Assembly (NCBI GenBank): GCA_963822585.1
Contig: CAWGIE010000026.1
Span: forward strand, 1 to 64,000
From: an uncultured bacterium
GTDB taxonomy: Bacteria > Auribacterota > Erginobacteria > Erginobacterales > Erginobacteraceae
Length of the DNA stretch: 64,000 nt
Reading direction: 5' to 3'
The notes under the pieces: generated by a model
Seen by the model: the letters and a program-made list of their open reading frames with translations, nothing else
What the model was told of the DNA's origin: nothing
Databases searched by the model: none
Made by a program: the position numbers and the translations under genes
In this document: positions 45,257-53,960 of the stretch, in pieces
Position numbering within the stretch: the first letter of the stretch is position 1
Layout: each line of letters starts with the position of its first letter

Positions 45257-47452
45257 ATGAACAAAGGGCTTCAAAATCGGTATGTGGTTTTACTGCTTCT
45301 CGTCTGTATCTACGCCACCGCCGTTTTCTGCCGGCTGGAGTGGGGGATGAGATACCGCGGGGAGATGTTCAGCTCGGAGAGCGCGCTTCGTCTTTATTAC
45401 GCCGGGCTGGTGGCCCGGGGGGAGGCCATCCCGGCCGTTGATTACAAGGCGCAGTATCCGGAAGGGCTCCATGTTGTTTCCCGAAACCCGGTTCTCATGG
45501 AGTATCTGACCGGGTCCATCTACTCCGTCCTCGGCCTGAAGATGCCGTTTGTCTCTTTTATCCGGATCTGCATCCCCCTGATCGCCTCATTTTCGATCTT
45601 CGCCGTCTACCTCACCGTGAGGGAAACCACCGGTGACACGGTGGCGGCCCTGGTCTCGACCCTTTTTTACGCGGTGACTCTGCCCGCGATTACCCGGGCT
45701 TCCGGCTGGGAGTTTTTGCAAGAAACCGTCGCGCTCCCGGCCATCTTCTTCCAGGTGTATTTTTTCCTGACCGGGGTGAGGCGCGGCGGCTGGTGGAGGG
45801 GGATCTGCTCCGGGGCCTTTCTTGCCCTGGCCCTCGCCTCCTGGAAGATCAGCCAGCTCTATTTCCTGATCTTCGCCTGTTTTGCCGGAGGTGCCTTCCT
45901 GATCGGGAAACCCCGGCCGGATTTTATCCGGACCTATCTGACGACGGCCTTCTTTGCCGCCCTTGCCGGTGCGGCCGTCCCCTTTTTACGGGAGGGCTAT
46001 TTCCTGGTCTCCATCCCCATGAGTATTTCTTACGCTCTCGCTTTCTCGTTTTTATTTCGGCGCTACGAGCTCCGATTTCGCCTCCGGGAGCGTTTCGTTT
46101 TTGTGGCGGTACTGTTGCTCTTTCTCCTGGTTTTCCCCCAGTCCCCCCGGCTGACGCACGTTTACGACCTGCTGCTCTATAAAGTGCTGCTGCTGGGAAA
46201 GAAGCCCGCAAACCCGCTTTCTCTGCCCTTCGAGGTCCGGGCCCTCTGGATCGACCCGTTTTTGTCACCTTCTCTCTTCGAGCTGATATACTTTTTCTTC
46301 CCCCTACTTCTTCCGGGGGCCGTGGGGGCGGGGATCGTTCTGACCCGGATTGTCCTCCGCCGCGCCGATACCGCCATGATTTTCATTCTCTGCAACGCGG
46401 GCTCGTTCTGTGCCGCCTATCTTCTCATCCGCCGGCTGCGGGTCTTTTTCATCTATTTCCTGGTCCTCCTGATCGGTTACCTGATCGCGGCCGTCATGCG
46501 GCGCCCGAAAAGAATCCGGGGCATGGGGATGGCCCTGCTCCTGGTCTGCCTCTGCCTGGAAGCGGGCAAGCCGTCCGGCCTCAGCGCCTCCCTGGTTTTC
46601 CGGCCCGCTTTTGCGACCCTGGGGATCTCAGAGCGCTCCCGCTTCTTCCAAACCGCCAGCCTCTCCCGGAGCGATCGGGACCTGATTGAATGGCTGAAAG
46701 AGAATACCGGCCCCGACGATGTGATCCTGGCCCATTATCACATCTCCCCAATGATCCGCGTTTACGCCGATCGGCCGGTTAACCTGACATCTCTCTTTGA
46801 ATCGAAGCCCCTTCGGGAGAAGGTACGGCGCTTTACCGAAGCGCTCTTCGAAGGGGAAGAAAGCCTCTATCGGCTGGCGGTGGACTTCGGCGCCGATTAC
46901 CTAGTCTATTCGATCGATACCATTCTCGACGACTCGCCGAACTCCTGGCGGTATCTGACCGATCACCTGCGGCTGAACCGGGATATGGCCGCCTACCGGA
47001 TGCACTTTCTCCCCGCCACTCTCCGGCGATTTTCCCTTGTCTATGAAAACGAGTTTTTCCGCGTTTACCGGGTGCTTCCGGAAAACAGTGCCATCCCGGC
47101 GGCAAAAGAACAGCCGGGTCATCCCCTCTATTACCGGTATGATCTATTTAAACGCTTTTCCGGTTCCACCGCCCGCTTCCGGGAATATATCGAGAATGTA
47201 TATAGGGTTTACTTAGCCGGCAGCCAGGCCCTTATCGCCGGCCGCTTCACGGAAGCGCGCCGGGACTATGAGACGGCCCTCCTGCTGGCGCCGGACTTTC
47301 CCGAGCCCTATGCCGGCCTGGGCGCCATCGCCGAGCAAGAGGGAAGAGGGGATGACGCGCTTAACTGCTACCGGGAGTATCTCCGGTTAAAACCGGAGGG
47401 AAAATTCGCCGGTGAGCTCCGACGTCGTATTATTTCTGCTTCGCAAAAATAA
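45257..47452 (+). CDS. STT3-superfamily GT-C enzyme, DPY19 (C-mannosyltransferase)-like, with C-terminal TPRs
   Basis: F..ESAL..YY, D...QYPEG, TR......LQE..ALP....Q, W...Q..F, LIRRLRVF, LIEWLKENT.PD.V, RP.....FES..LR; no WWDYG motif. Confidence 0.7.
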   Translation: MNKGLQNRYVVLLLLVCIYATAVFCRLEWGMRYRGEMFSSESALRLYYAGLVARGEAIPAVDYKAQYPEGLHVVSRNPVLMEYLTGSIYSVLGLKMPFVSFIRICIPLIASFSIFAVYLTVRETTGDTVAALVSTLFYAVTLPAITRASGWEFLQETVALPAIFFQVYFFLTGVRRGGWWRGICSGAFLALALASWKISQLYFLIFACFAGGAFLIGKPRPDFIRTYLTTAFFAALAGAAVPFLREGYFLVSIPMSISYALAFSFLFRRYELRFRLRERFVFVAVLLLFLLVFPQSPRLTHVYDLLLYKVLLLGKKPANPLSLPFEVRALWIDPFLSPSLFELIYFFFPLLLPGAVGAGIVLTRIVLRRADTAMIFILCNAGSFCAAYLLIRRLRVFFIYFLVLLIGYLIAAVMRRPKRIRGMGMALLLVCLCLEAGKPSGLSASLVFRPAFATLGISERSRFFQTASLSRSDRDLIEWLKENTGPDDVILAHYHISPMIRVYADRPVNLTSLFESKPLREKVRRFTEALFEGEESLYRLAVDFGADYLVYSIDTILDDSPNSWRYLTDHLRLNRDMAAYRMHFLPATLRRFSLVYENEFFRVYRVLPENSAIPAAKEQPGHPLYYRYDLFKRFSGSTARFREYIENVYRVYLAGSQALIAGRFTEARRDYETALLLAPDFPEPYAGLGAIAEQEGRGDDALNCYREYLRLKPEGKFAGELRRRIISASQK

Positions 47453-47557
47453 TAGTTATAAGATTCTCAACATGATTTTACTTGGTCTTCTTTATAGATG
47501 ATGAGTTGTCCGAGTCCAGATAAACCCCGATAAATCAGGTTGGTGGCGAGAGAAGAT

Positions 47558-49294
47558 ATGCCAGGGCTAAGGTATAAGATTGATTCGCCTGAAGAAAAAG
47601 ACCATCTTTCCCCGGCCAAACACTGGAAAGAGATGCATCTTCGACTGCCCGTTCTGACTATCACGCTTATCCTGTTCTGTTTCCTCTATTCTACATCCGA
47701 CTGGATCGGTTTCCGGAACCCCAACGAATTCAGCCGCCTCTATCTGACTAAAGCTTTGATTGACCGCCAAACCTTTGTGATCGATGAAAATATTTTCGCC
47801 CGCGACACTCAGGATAAATCATTTTGTAGGGGGCATTATTATTCCAACAAAGCGCCGGGGTCTTCTTTCATTGCCGCTCCCCCTTATTTGGCGATCCGCC
47901 TGCTGCAAACATATGCCGGCTTTTCTCCCGGGGAGAATACTGTTTTATATATCCTCAGATTGGTCTGTGTCAGCATCCCTTCGGCTATCTTCCTTTTCTT
48001 GTTGTTTTCATTCTGGGGACGGATTACGCCAAGTTATTCTATCCGGCGGGCGCTAATAATAGCCTATGCCTTGGGAACCCCGGTTTGGGCATATTCATCA
48101 CTCTTCTTTGGTCATCAATTAGTGGGGATCTGCCTCTTTGTGGCATTTGTTCTCATCTTCGAATACAGAACTTCAGCCCGGAGGAACTGTTTACTTCTAC
48201 AAGGTGGTTTTTTCTGCGGGCTGGCTTGTTTTATTGAATATCCCGCGATCCTGGTCTCATTTATCTTCTTTCTCTATGCGTGCGCCTGCCGCAAAAAATC
48301 CGGGAGACGGATATGGTTGTTCCTACGAGGTAAAGCGGAGGTTCTTTTCTTATTTTTTGCCGGAATGGCGCTTCCTCTGGGGGCCATGTGTTATTATCAC
48401 TGGAGGTGTTTTGGATCCGTCCTTCGGACCCCTTATTTGTTCGTTACCGATCCTGTTTGTGCGGTAGGTCATAGCCGGGGATTGAGCGGGGTGACGTTTC
48501 CTCTCACCGCAAACGATCTCCTTCATCAGATCTCAGTATTTCTTCAGTTAGCCTTTAGCCCATTCCGAGGTTTATTTTTCTTCTCACCCTTTCTCATCAT
48601 TGGTATCGCCGGGATATTCATAATGATCAGAAACCAGAAATGGAGGCAGGAGGGGTGGTTATTCGGCGCCCTCGTGGCGGCATATTTTCTCTTTAATAGC
48701 GCCTTCGCTTTTTGGGCAGGAGGTTGGTCAATGGGGCCTCGCCATCTGGTGCCGATTATCCCCTTTATTGTCACCGCGATTGTTTATCTGCTTTCCCGAG
48801 TTGGGTTGGTAGCTCGAAAAAAGACGGCCTTGATCATGGTGCCGTTGGTCGTTGTCTCCATCACTTTCACCTTCTTCGGGACCATGGTCTTCCCTCATCT
48901 CCCGATTATATTTAAGAACCCTCTCTATGAGCTCTCCTATCGATTCCTGAGCCGGGGAATCTTCGGTCCCACGGTTGGGAGATGGCTCGGATGGAGAGGA
49001 CTGCTGGAAGAGGTGCCTCTCCTACTTGTCACGGGGATTCTCCTGACTATTATGCTCTTTGATTTGAGCCGGTTGTATAGCTTCCGACAGGCGCCCCGGC
49101 TTGGTTTCACATTTAGCTGTCTGGCGATCTCCGGGGCACTTATATGCCTTGATCTGGTTTTGAGTTCTCTGAATGAATCCCGGTTGCCTCCCGGGGCGAT
49201 CGCCCGACAGGATGCCAGTAGAGAGTTGATCGGAAATTTCCTGGGTGTAAAAGCGAATAGAAACGGGGATTTGTCCGTTCTCCGGAAAGAATAG
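47558..49294 (+). CDS. GT-C-fold membrane glycosyltransferase
   Basis: NE.SR...T.A......F.ID, G..YSNKAPG.S, GTP.W.YS, SP.RGLFFFSP, W.GGWS.GPRHL.P; start may be 47633; AT-richer codons. Confidence 0.75.
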   Translation: MPGLRYKIDSPEEKDHLSPAKHWKEMHLRLPVLTITLILFCFLYSTSDWIGFRNPNEFSRLYLTKALIDRQTFVIDENIFARDTQDKSFCRGHYYSNKAPGSSFIAAPPYLAIRLLQTYAGFSPGENTVLYILRLVCVSIPSAIFLFLLFSFWGRITPSYSIRRALIIAYALGTPVWAYSSLFFGHQLVGICLFVAFVLIFEYRTSARRNCLLLQGGFFCGLACFIEYPAILVSFIFFLYACACRKKSGRRIWLFLRGKAEVLFLFFAGMALPLGAMCYYHWRCFGSVLRTPYLFVTDPVCAVGHSRGLSGVTFPLTANDLLHQISVFLQLAFSPFRGLFFFSPFLIIGIAGIFIMIRNQKWRQEGWLFGALVAAYFLFNSAFAFWAGGWSMGPRHLVPIIPFIVTAIVYLLSRVGLVARKKTALIMVPLVVVSITFTFFGTMVFPHLPIIFKNPLYELSYRFLSRGIFGPTVGRWLGWRGLLEEVPLLLVTGILLTIMLFDLSRLYSFRQAPRLGFTFSCLAISGALICLDLVLSSLNESRLPPGAIARQDASRELIGNFLGVKANRNGDLSVLRKE

Positions 49295-49298
49295 AGAG

Positions 49299-51065
49299 CT
49301 AAAATTCCATTCGATTCATCGCCCTGATCCCAAGTCTGAAAGGGAGCCAGCTTCCCAGAATGGAAATAATCAGGATGAAGATAATAGCGAACAGGGGTAT
49401 CGGCAAGGACCATATCTTTATGTTACCGCTTTGCAAGTGATATGCTATTGCCAGGGTACAGACCACAACCACAATATAGATCAGGCTGAGAATCAGGTTA
49501 AGTGTCCCCCCGAACCCTGACGCGATCCGGGAGGGGTTATCTTCCGTGAATTGAGGGAAGATTGCTCCCAGCCCATTCGCTAAACTCACCAGCACCCCCG
49601 CCATTAAAACGATAGCCCCGCCGGTAATAACTGTCATGGTTCTGGAGACCTCCAGGATATGATTGGAGAGGAGCATCAATGGCAGGGTGACAATCACCGC
49701 CGCTATAAAATGGGACCAGAACTTGATCCGGAAGATATCCGCGCACCGGATTGGAGCCAGTCCCAGGACCCAGAAGGTCCGCCCCTCCAAGCTGAAAGAA
49801 GGATAGATGAACCGGGTGGACAGCGTGGCCAGGATCAGCGAGGTGGCCCCCAAATTAAAAAAGGTGATCAGGTTCTTCCAGAACGTCTGATAGACGTTTC
49901 GGGGCATGTTCTTGATGTTGACGATGTAGATTGCCAGCAGGCCGAAAAGGATCGCCGCCTGGATCCACTGGGCCGGATCGCGGAAGAAGACCTTGGTATC
50001 CTTTATCAGGAGGGCCCGGACGGGGGAGGTTTTTTGAAGGAAGTGCCTAAAGTTGGAAGTTTTTGCCTCGCCTGGCTGGAAGAGCAGAGAAGTTTTAGGG
50101 AGGTGAATTGTGGGAGAGGTTTCTAACCTCGCTCCGGGCGGGGCGATAACTTTAGGCACTACAAACTTTAGGCACTTCAGGCACTTTTTCTTCCTTCCCC
50201 CCCGGCTGCGATAGAGTGACCAGTTTTTGTAATAGTACCGTTCCGCCGTTAATTCAACGATCTGCCAGACGAAAAGGGTGTTGACCGCCAGGACGGCCAA
50301 AAAGCCGAGAGATCTGCCGACGCGGCCTCTCCCCGCCTGGATGAAACCTTCCGCGGCCCAATAACCGGGAAGAAGAGGATTGAGGGTGATCCGGCTGTGT
50401 TCGAGCAGCCGGTTGAGCATCAAGGTCTGACGGTTGGGGGCGGTCCGCGGAGCAAGGGAGAGCGACCGCCAGAGGGGGAAGGTAAGGGCGACGATGCAAA
50501 CCGCCGCCAGGATCGCCCGGCGGCCCTTCCCGGGCGTCAAAAGGGGTGGTATCAGGGCCGCGATCAGTGCCCCCAGCAATGCCGCCAGGAAAGAGAGCCC
50601 GCCCGCGAAGAGGAGAAGCGAGAGAAAGGCGAAGAGGGATATGCCATGGGAGAGGCCGTAAGCCAGAGCAACCGGGAAGATCAGGAAGAAGGTCGCCCAG
50701 GTGCTGAGGACGGTACCCTCCAGGAGCAGAAAACGGAAGATAGTGGCCCGGGGCAGGGGGAGCGTGTGAAGATACACCGATTCCGCGGCTTTCAGATTGA
50801 GTTGGAAGGAGATCACCGCGTTGCTGAAGATCAGCATGATGAAAAGAGCAAAGGTCAGCAGGTAGATCAGGCGGTCGATCAGGATTTCTCCCACCCCCAT
50901 GAAGGTTTGGAGAAAAATGAAGGCCCGATAAAAGCCGGCGAAGAGACCTATCCAGACGACCAGGAGAACAAAGACGCCGATGAAGAGGCGCAGACGCCCG
51001 GTCTTCAGAAGCACCCGGAATCCGTTTCTTGCCTGATCAAAACGAAGAAGAAATAAGTAGTGCAT
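49299..51065 (-). CDS. ABC-2-type transporter permease with an in-frame repeat insert
   Basis: Multi-TM, L.TLP, KD.K.FFRDP.QW.Q, R..YP.FSLEG..FW....AP, GLGA.FP.F...NP; downstream of the ABC ATPase. Confidence 0.85.
   Translation of the reverse strand: MHYLFLLRFDQARNGFRVLLKTGRLRLFIGVFVLLVVWIGLFAGFYRAFIFLQTFMGVGEILIDRLIYLLTFALFIMLIFSNAVISFQLNLKAAESVYLHTLPLPRATIFRFLLLEGTVLSTWATFFLIFPVALAYGLSHGISLFAFLSLLLFAGGLSFLAALLGALIAALIPPLLTPGKGRRAILAAVCIVALTFPLWRSLSLAPRTAPNRQTLMLNRLLEHSRITLNPLLPGYWAAEGFIQAGRGRVGRSLGFLAVLAVNTLFVWQIVELTAERYYYKNWSLYRSRGGRKKKCLKCLKFVVPKVIAPPGARLETSPTIHLPKTSLLFQPGEAKTSNFRHFLQKTSPVRALLIKDTKVFFRDPAQWIQAAILFGLLAIYIVNIKNMPRNVYQTFWKNLITFFNLGATSLILATLSTRFIYPSFSLEGRTFWVLGLAPIRCADIFRIKFWSHFIAAVIVTLPLMLLSNHILEVSRTMTVITGGAIVLMAGVLVSLANGLGAIFPQFTEDNPSRIASGFGGTLNLILSLIYIVVVVCTLAIAYHLQSGNIKIWSLPIPLFAIIFILIISILGSWLPFRLGIRAMNRMEF
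50041..50189. repeat. Family C hairpin with a nested REP, inside the permease CDS
   Basis: aagtgcctaaagttggaagtt ... tgtgggagaggtttctaacctcg (50109) ... aactttaggcactacaaactttaggcacttcaggcactt. Confidence 0.85.
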
Positions 51066-51114
51066 GAAGATAAAAGTAAGACCCCCATGGTCTTATGCCC
51101 CTATGGATCAGTAC

Positions 51115-51615
51115 CACAGACATTCCTGTCTGTGAGCCCAAGGTAACACAGACATTCCTGTCTGTGAGTCCAAGGTGACACAGACATTCCTGTCTGTGCG
51201 TCCAAGGTAACACAGACATTCCTGTCTGTGCGCCCCAAGGTAACACAGACATTCCTGTCTGCGAGTCCAAGGTGACATAGACATTCCTGTCTGTGAGTCC
51301 AAGGTGACACAGACATTCCTGTCTGTGAGTCCAAGGTGACATAGACATTCCTGTCTGTGAGTCCAAGGTGACATAGACATTCCTGTCTGTGTGCCAGAGG
51401 TAACACAGACATTCCTGTCTGTGAGTCCAAGGTGACACAGACATTCCTGTCTGTGAGTCCAAGGTGACATAGACATTCCTGTCTGTGAGTCCAAGGTGAC
51501 ACAGACATTCCTGTCTGTGAGTCCAAGGTGACATAGACATTCCTGTCTGTGAGTCCAAGGTGACACAGACATTCCTGTCTGTGTGCCCAGGGTGACACAG
51601 ACATTCCTGTCTGTG
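51115..51615 (+). repeat. Family E tandem array: 16 copies of a 32-bp hairpin unit
   Basis: Core CACAGACA-TTCC-TGTCTGTG plus a 12-nt linker agtccaaggtga (one of 13 nt); cores at 51115, 51147, 51179, 51211, 51244, then every 32 bp to 51596. Confidence 0.97.
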
Positions 51616-51640
51616 CGCCAAAATGAAGTATCGGATTACC

Positions 51641-51712
51641 GGAGTGTTGGAGTATGGGACAGCCGTCAGGGGGCCCACCATTCCATTACTCCACCACTCC
51701 ATCACTCCATTC
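51641..51712. repeat. Family A hairpin supplying the ABC ATPase stop
   Basis: ggagtgttggagtatgg ... ccattccattactccaccactccatcactccattc. Confidence 0.85.
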
Positions 51713-52477
51713 AGCCTTCTTCCTTGTTGCAATCAATGGATGATCTGCATCCACGTGTTCTTCTTCAGTCAATTTGAGAAACACCTCCTCCAATCTTCCT
51801 TCCACCCCGCTTTTTTCCCGCAGTTCGTTCAGGCTGCCGCAGGCGATCAGTTCTCCTTCATGGATAATGCCGACCCGGTCGGCAATCTCTTCGGCAACGG
51901 AGAGGGTGTGGGTTGACATGAAGACGGCGGCACCCTGCCGGCACTGTTCCATCAGGCTGTCCTTAATCAAGCGGGCGGTCCGGGGATCAAGCCCAACCAT
52001 GGGCTCATCGATGATCAGGATCTTCGGATCGTGAAGGAAAGCGGAAGCGAAAACCAGCCGCTGTCGATAGCCGTGGGACAGGTTTCTGATTAAGTTTCCG
52101 GCCAGGTTTCCCAGTCCGAAGATTTCAATCTGCCTCTCGATCAATTCGGGCAGACGATCGCGGGGGAGGCTGTATATGCGTCCGACGAACTCCATGAATT
52201 CTCTTCCGGTCAGCCGTTCATAGAGAAAGGGGAAATCGGGGATATATCCGATCAGCTTTTTCGCTGCCACCGGGTTTTTCTGGATATCAAATCCTCCGAT
52301 GAACGCTTTCCCCCGGGTCGGGATGAGGAGCCCGGCCAGCATCTTGATCGTGGTGCTCTTGCCGGCTCCGTTGGGGCCGATGAAGGCGAACAGCTCCCCG
52401 GCCGGGATCGCCAGGCTAAGATCGTGGACGGCCGTAGTGTCACCAAAGACCTTGGTAAGATTTTTTGTCGTGATCAT
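51686..52477 (-). CDS. ABC transporter ATP-binding protein
   Basis: GPNGAGKSTT, LSHGYRQR, IIDEPMVGLDP, STH. Confidence 0.95.
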   Translation of the reverse strand: MITTKNLTKVFGDTTAVHDLSLAIPAGELFAFIGPNGAGKSTTIKMLAGLLIPTRGKAFIGGFDIQKNPVAAKKLIGYIPDFPFLYERLTGREFMEFVGRIYSLPRDRLPELIERQIEIFGLGNLAGNLIRNLSHGYRQRLVFASAFLHDPKILIIDEPMVGLDPRTARLIKDSLMEQCRQGAAVFMSTHTLSVAEEIADRVGIIHEGELIACGSLNELREKSGVEGRLEEVFLKLTEEEHVDADHPLIATRKKAEWSDGVVE

Positions 52478-52492
52478 GGGATGGTTTATAAA

Positions 52493-52570
52493 GGAATATT
52501 GGAGTGTTGGAGTAGTGGAGTGTTGGGTGCTGCAGGCGCGCCCATCATTCCATTACTCCATCACTCCATT
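52493..52570. repeat. Family A hairpin supplying a stop codon
   Basis: ggaatattggagtgttggagtagtggagtgttgg ... ccatcattccattactccatcactccatt. Confidence 0.88.
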
Positions 52571-53676
52571 TCTCTATCCGTATTCTGTGGTCCTGGTTTT
52601 TTGTCACTAATTTCCTCTTCTATTATAGGCAGGAGGTATTCGGCTACCCGCTGATGCCCTTCTGCCGACAGATGGAGCAATCCATTCTCCTTGACGAGAA
52701 AGAGGCCGGTATCATATTTTCCCTTGCCGTCGAAGAACGCCGGCAGCAGATCGACGCACTCGATTCCCATTTTCGCGCAGAAGTTTCTCATCTGTTCCTG
52801 GGGAAAAAGAACGGTCTCCGGATCGGCCCCCCGATTGAGTGCTTCCAGCTGGGGGCGGGCGGGCATGATCGCCATTATCACCCGCTTCTTGGCGGCGATC
52901 TCAATTAAGGCCGGGCGGATTTTTTCTCGCCAGGCGCCCCAGCGTTCGGGCAGATAAGCGCTGAGGCAGGTATTGTTGAGGTTGGCCAGGGGCTGCAATT
53001 CGGACCGGTTCCAGAAAAGGTTGCGCAGATCCCGGATCGCCCGCGCGGTCAGGTTGGAATGAACCAGGCCGCCCAGTCCCCGCAGCTCGGCCGACATCTG
53101 AAAACTGCTCTCATCCTGCCAGACCCATTCGAAGTCCAGCAGGTCGTTGAGCGTGAAGACGATGACCACCATGTCGATCGGGAGGTCGGCAAAGTAGAGC
53201 CGATAGGCCAGCAGTTCCTGGTGGGTGGACCAGCCCGGACAACCGGCGTTCAGGAGCTGATACGTCGGACCGGCCGCCTTTGCCATCCGGCTGACGAAGA
53301 TCTCTTCATAAGGGACATGTTCCCCGTAGACGACGGAGTCGCCCAGGAAGAGGATCTTCCGGACCTTCGGGTCCGGATTGACCTCTTGCTCGCCGAGGAT
53401 ACCCCGGCTGTTAGTGACATGCGGCAGGGTGGGTGAGTCGTGCCGCAGCCCCCGGAAAGATGGTTTTAAACGATATGAAATGCGGGGGTCATAAACAAAA
53501 AGAGACCGGGGATTTTCATCTAATCTGCCCCGAAGTTCCTGGATCTTCTTTTCATCAAGCTGGATACCGCTTGTTCCCTGTGATCTCTTCCAGATCATCC
53601 ACCCGGCCAGAACGATCCCCCCGCCGATGAGGGCGATAAGAATCAGTAAAAATAACCATTTCGTCCGTTCGGTCAT
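52561..53676 (-). CDS. Membrane-anchored SGNH/GDSL hydrolase (AlgX/AlgJ-like)
   Basis: N-terminal TM, TNSRG, FLGDSVVYG, NAGCPGWST.Q, LND, H.S.EGH..VA. Confidence 0.85.
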   Translation of the reverse strand: MTERTKWLFLLILIALIGGGIVLAGWMIWKRSQGTSGIQLDEKKIQELRGRLDENPRSLFVYDPRISYRLKPSFRGLRHDSPTLPHVTNSRGILGEQEVNPDPKVRKILFLGDSVVYGEHVPYEEIFVSRMAKAAGPTYQLLNAGCPGWSTHQELLAYRLYFADLPIDMVVIVFTLNDLLDFEWVWQDESSFQMSAELRGLGGLVHSNLTARAIRDLRNLFWNRSELQPLANLNNTCLSAYLPERWGAWREKIRPALIEIAAKKRVIMAIMPARPQLEALNRGADPETVLFPQEQMRNFCAKMGIECVDLLPAFFDGKGKYDTGLFLVKENGLLHLSAEGHQRVAEYLLPIIEEEISDKKPGPQNTDREME

Positions 53677-53699
53677 ATAACCTGTCTTTTTGTAATAAA

Positions 53700-53858
53700 A
53701 ACCACGAAGGACACCCCGAATCCTTCGGGGTAGACTGCGATCACGAATGCTCTTGAAAAAATATATATAAGTGTTTTATTATTTAATCTTCATGTGCTCG
53801 GTGACATAGACATTCCTGTCTGTGCGCCCCCAAGGTGACACAGACATTCCTGTCTGTC
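53700..53858. repeat. Degenerate family B element followed by two family E units
   Basis: aaccacgaaggacac..cacgaa ... cttcatgtg; ggtgacatagacattcctgtctgtg, ggtgacacagacattcctgtctgt. Confidence 0.75.
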
Positions 53859-53880
53859 CAGCTCCCGTCCAAGCCAGCCA

Positions 53881-53921
53881 TCGTTCGACGTTCGGAGTTG
53901 AACGTTCGACGTTGGACATTC
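53881..53921 (+). repeat. Family L 7-mer array (ACGTTCG-like), single arm
   Basis: tcgttcgacgttcggagttgaacgttcgacgttggacattc. Confidence 0.65.
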
Positions 53922-53960
53922 AGTTTTTTTCTCCATGTCTTTTATGTCTTAGTGGTTATG

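Noticed and set aside
45257..47452. PglB/AglB N-oligosaccharyltransferase
   Set aside because: No WWDYG motif; the motif pattern fits DPY19 better
51115..51615. CRISPR array
   Set aside because: Linkers are only 12-13 nt and nearly identical, the unit is dispersed elsewhere in the window, and there are no cas genes
51037..51732. ORFs spanning the 32-bp array (231, 167 and 154 aa)
   Set aside because: They are translations of a repeat that lacks stops on one strand; no independent coding evidence
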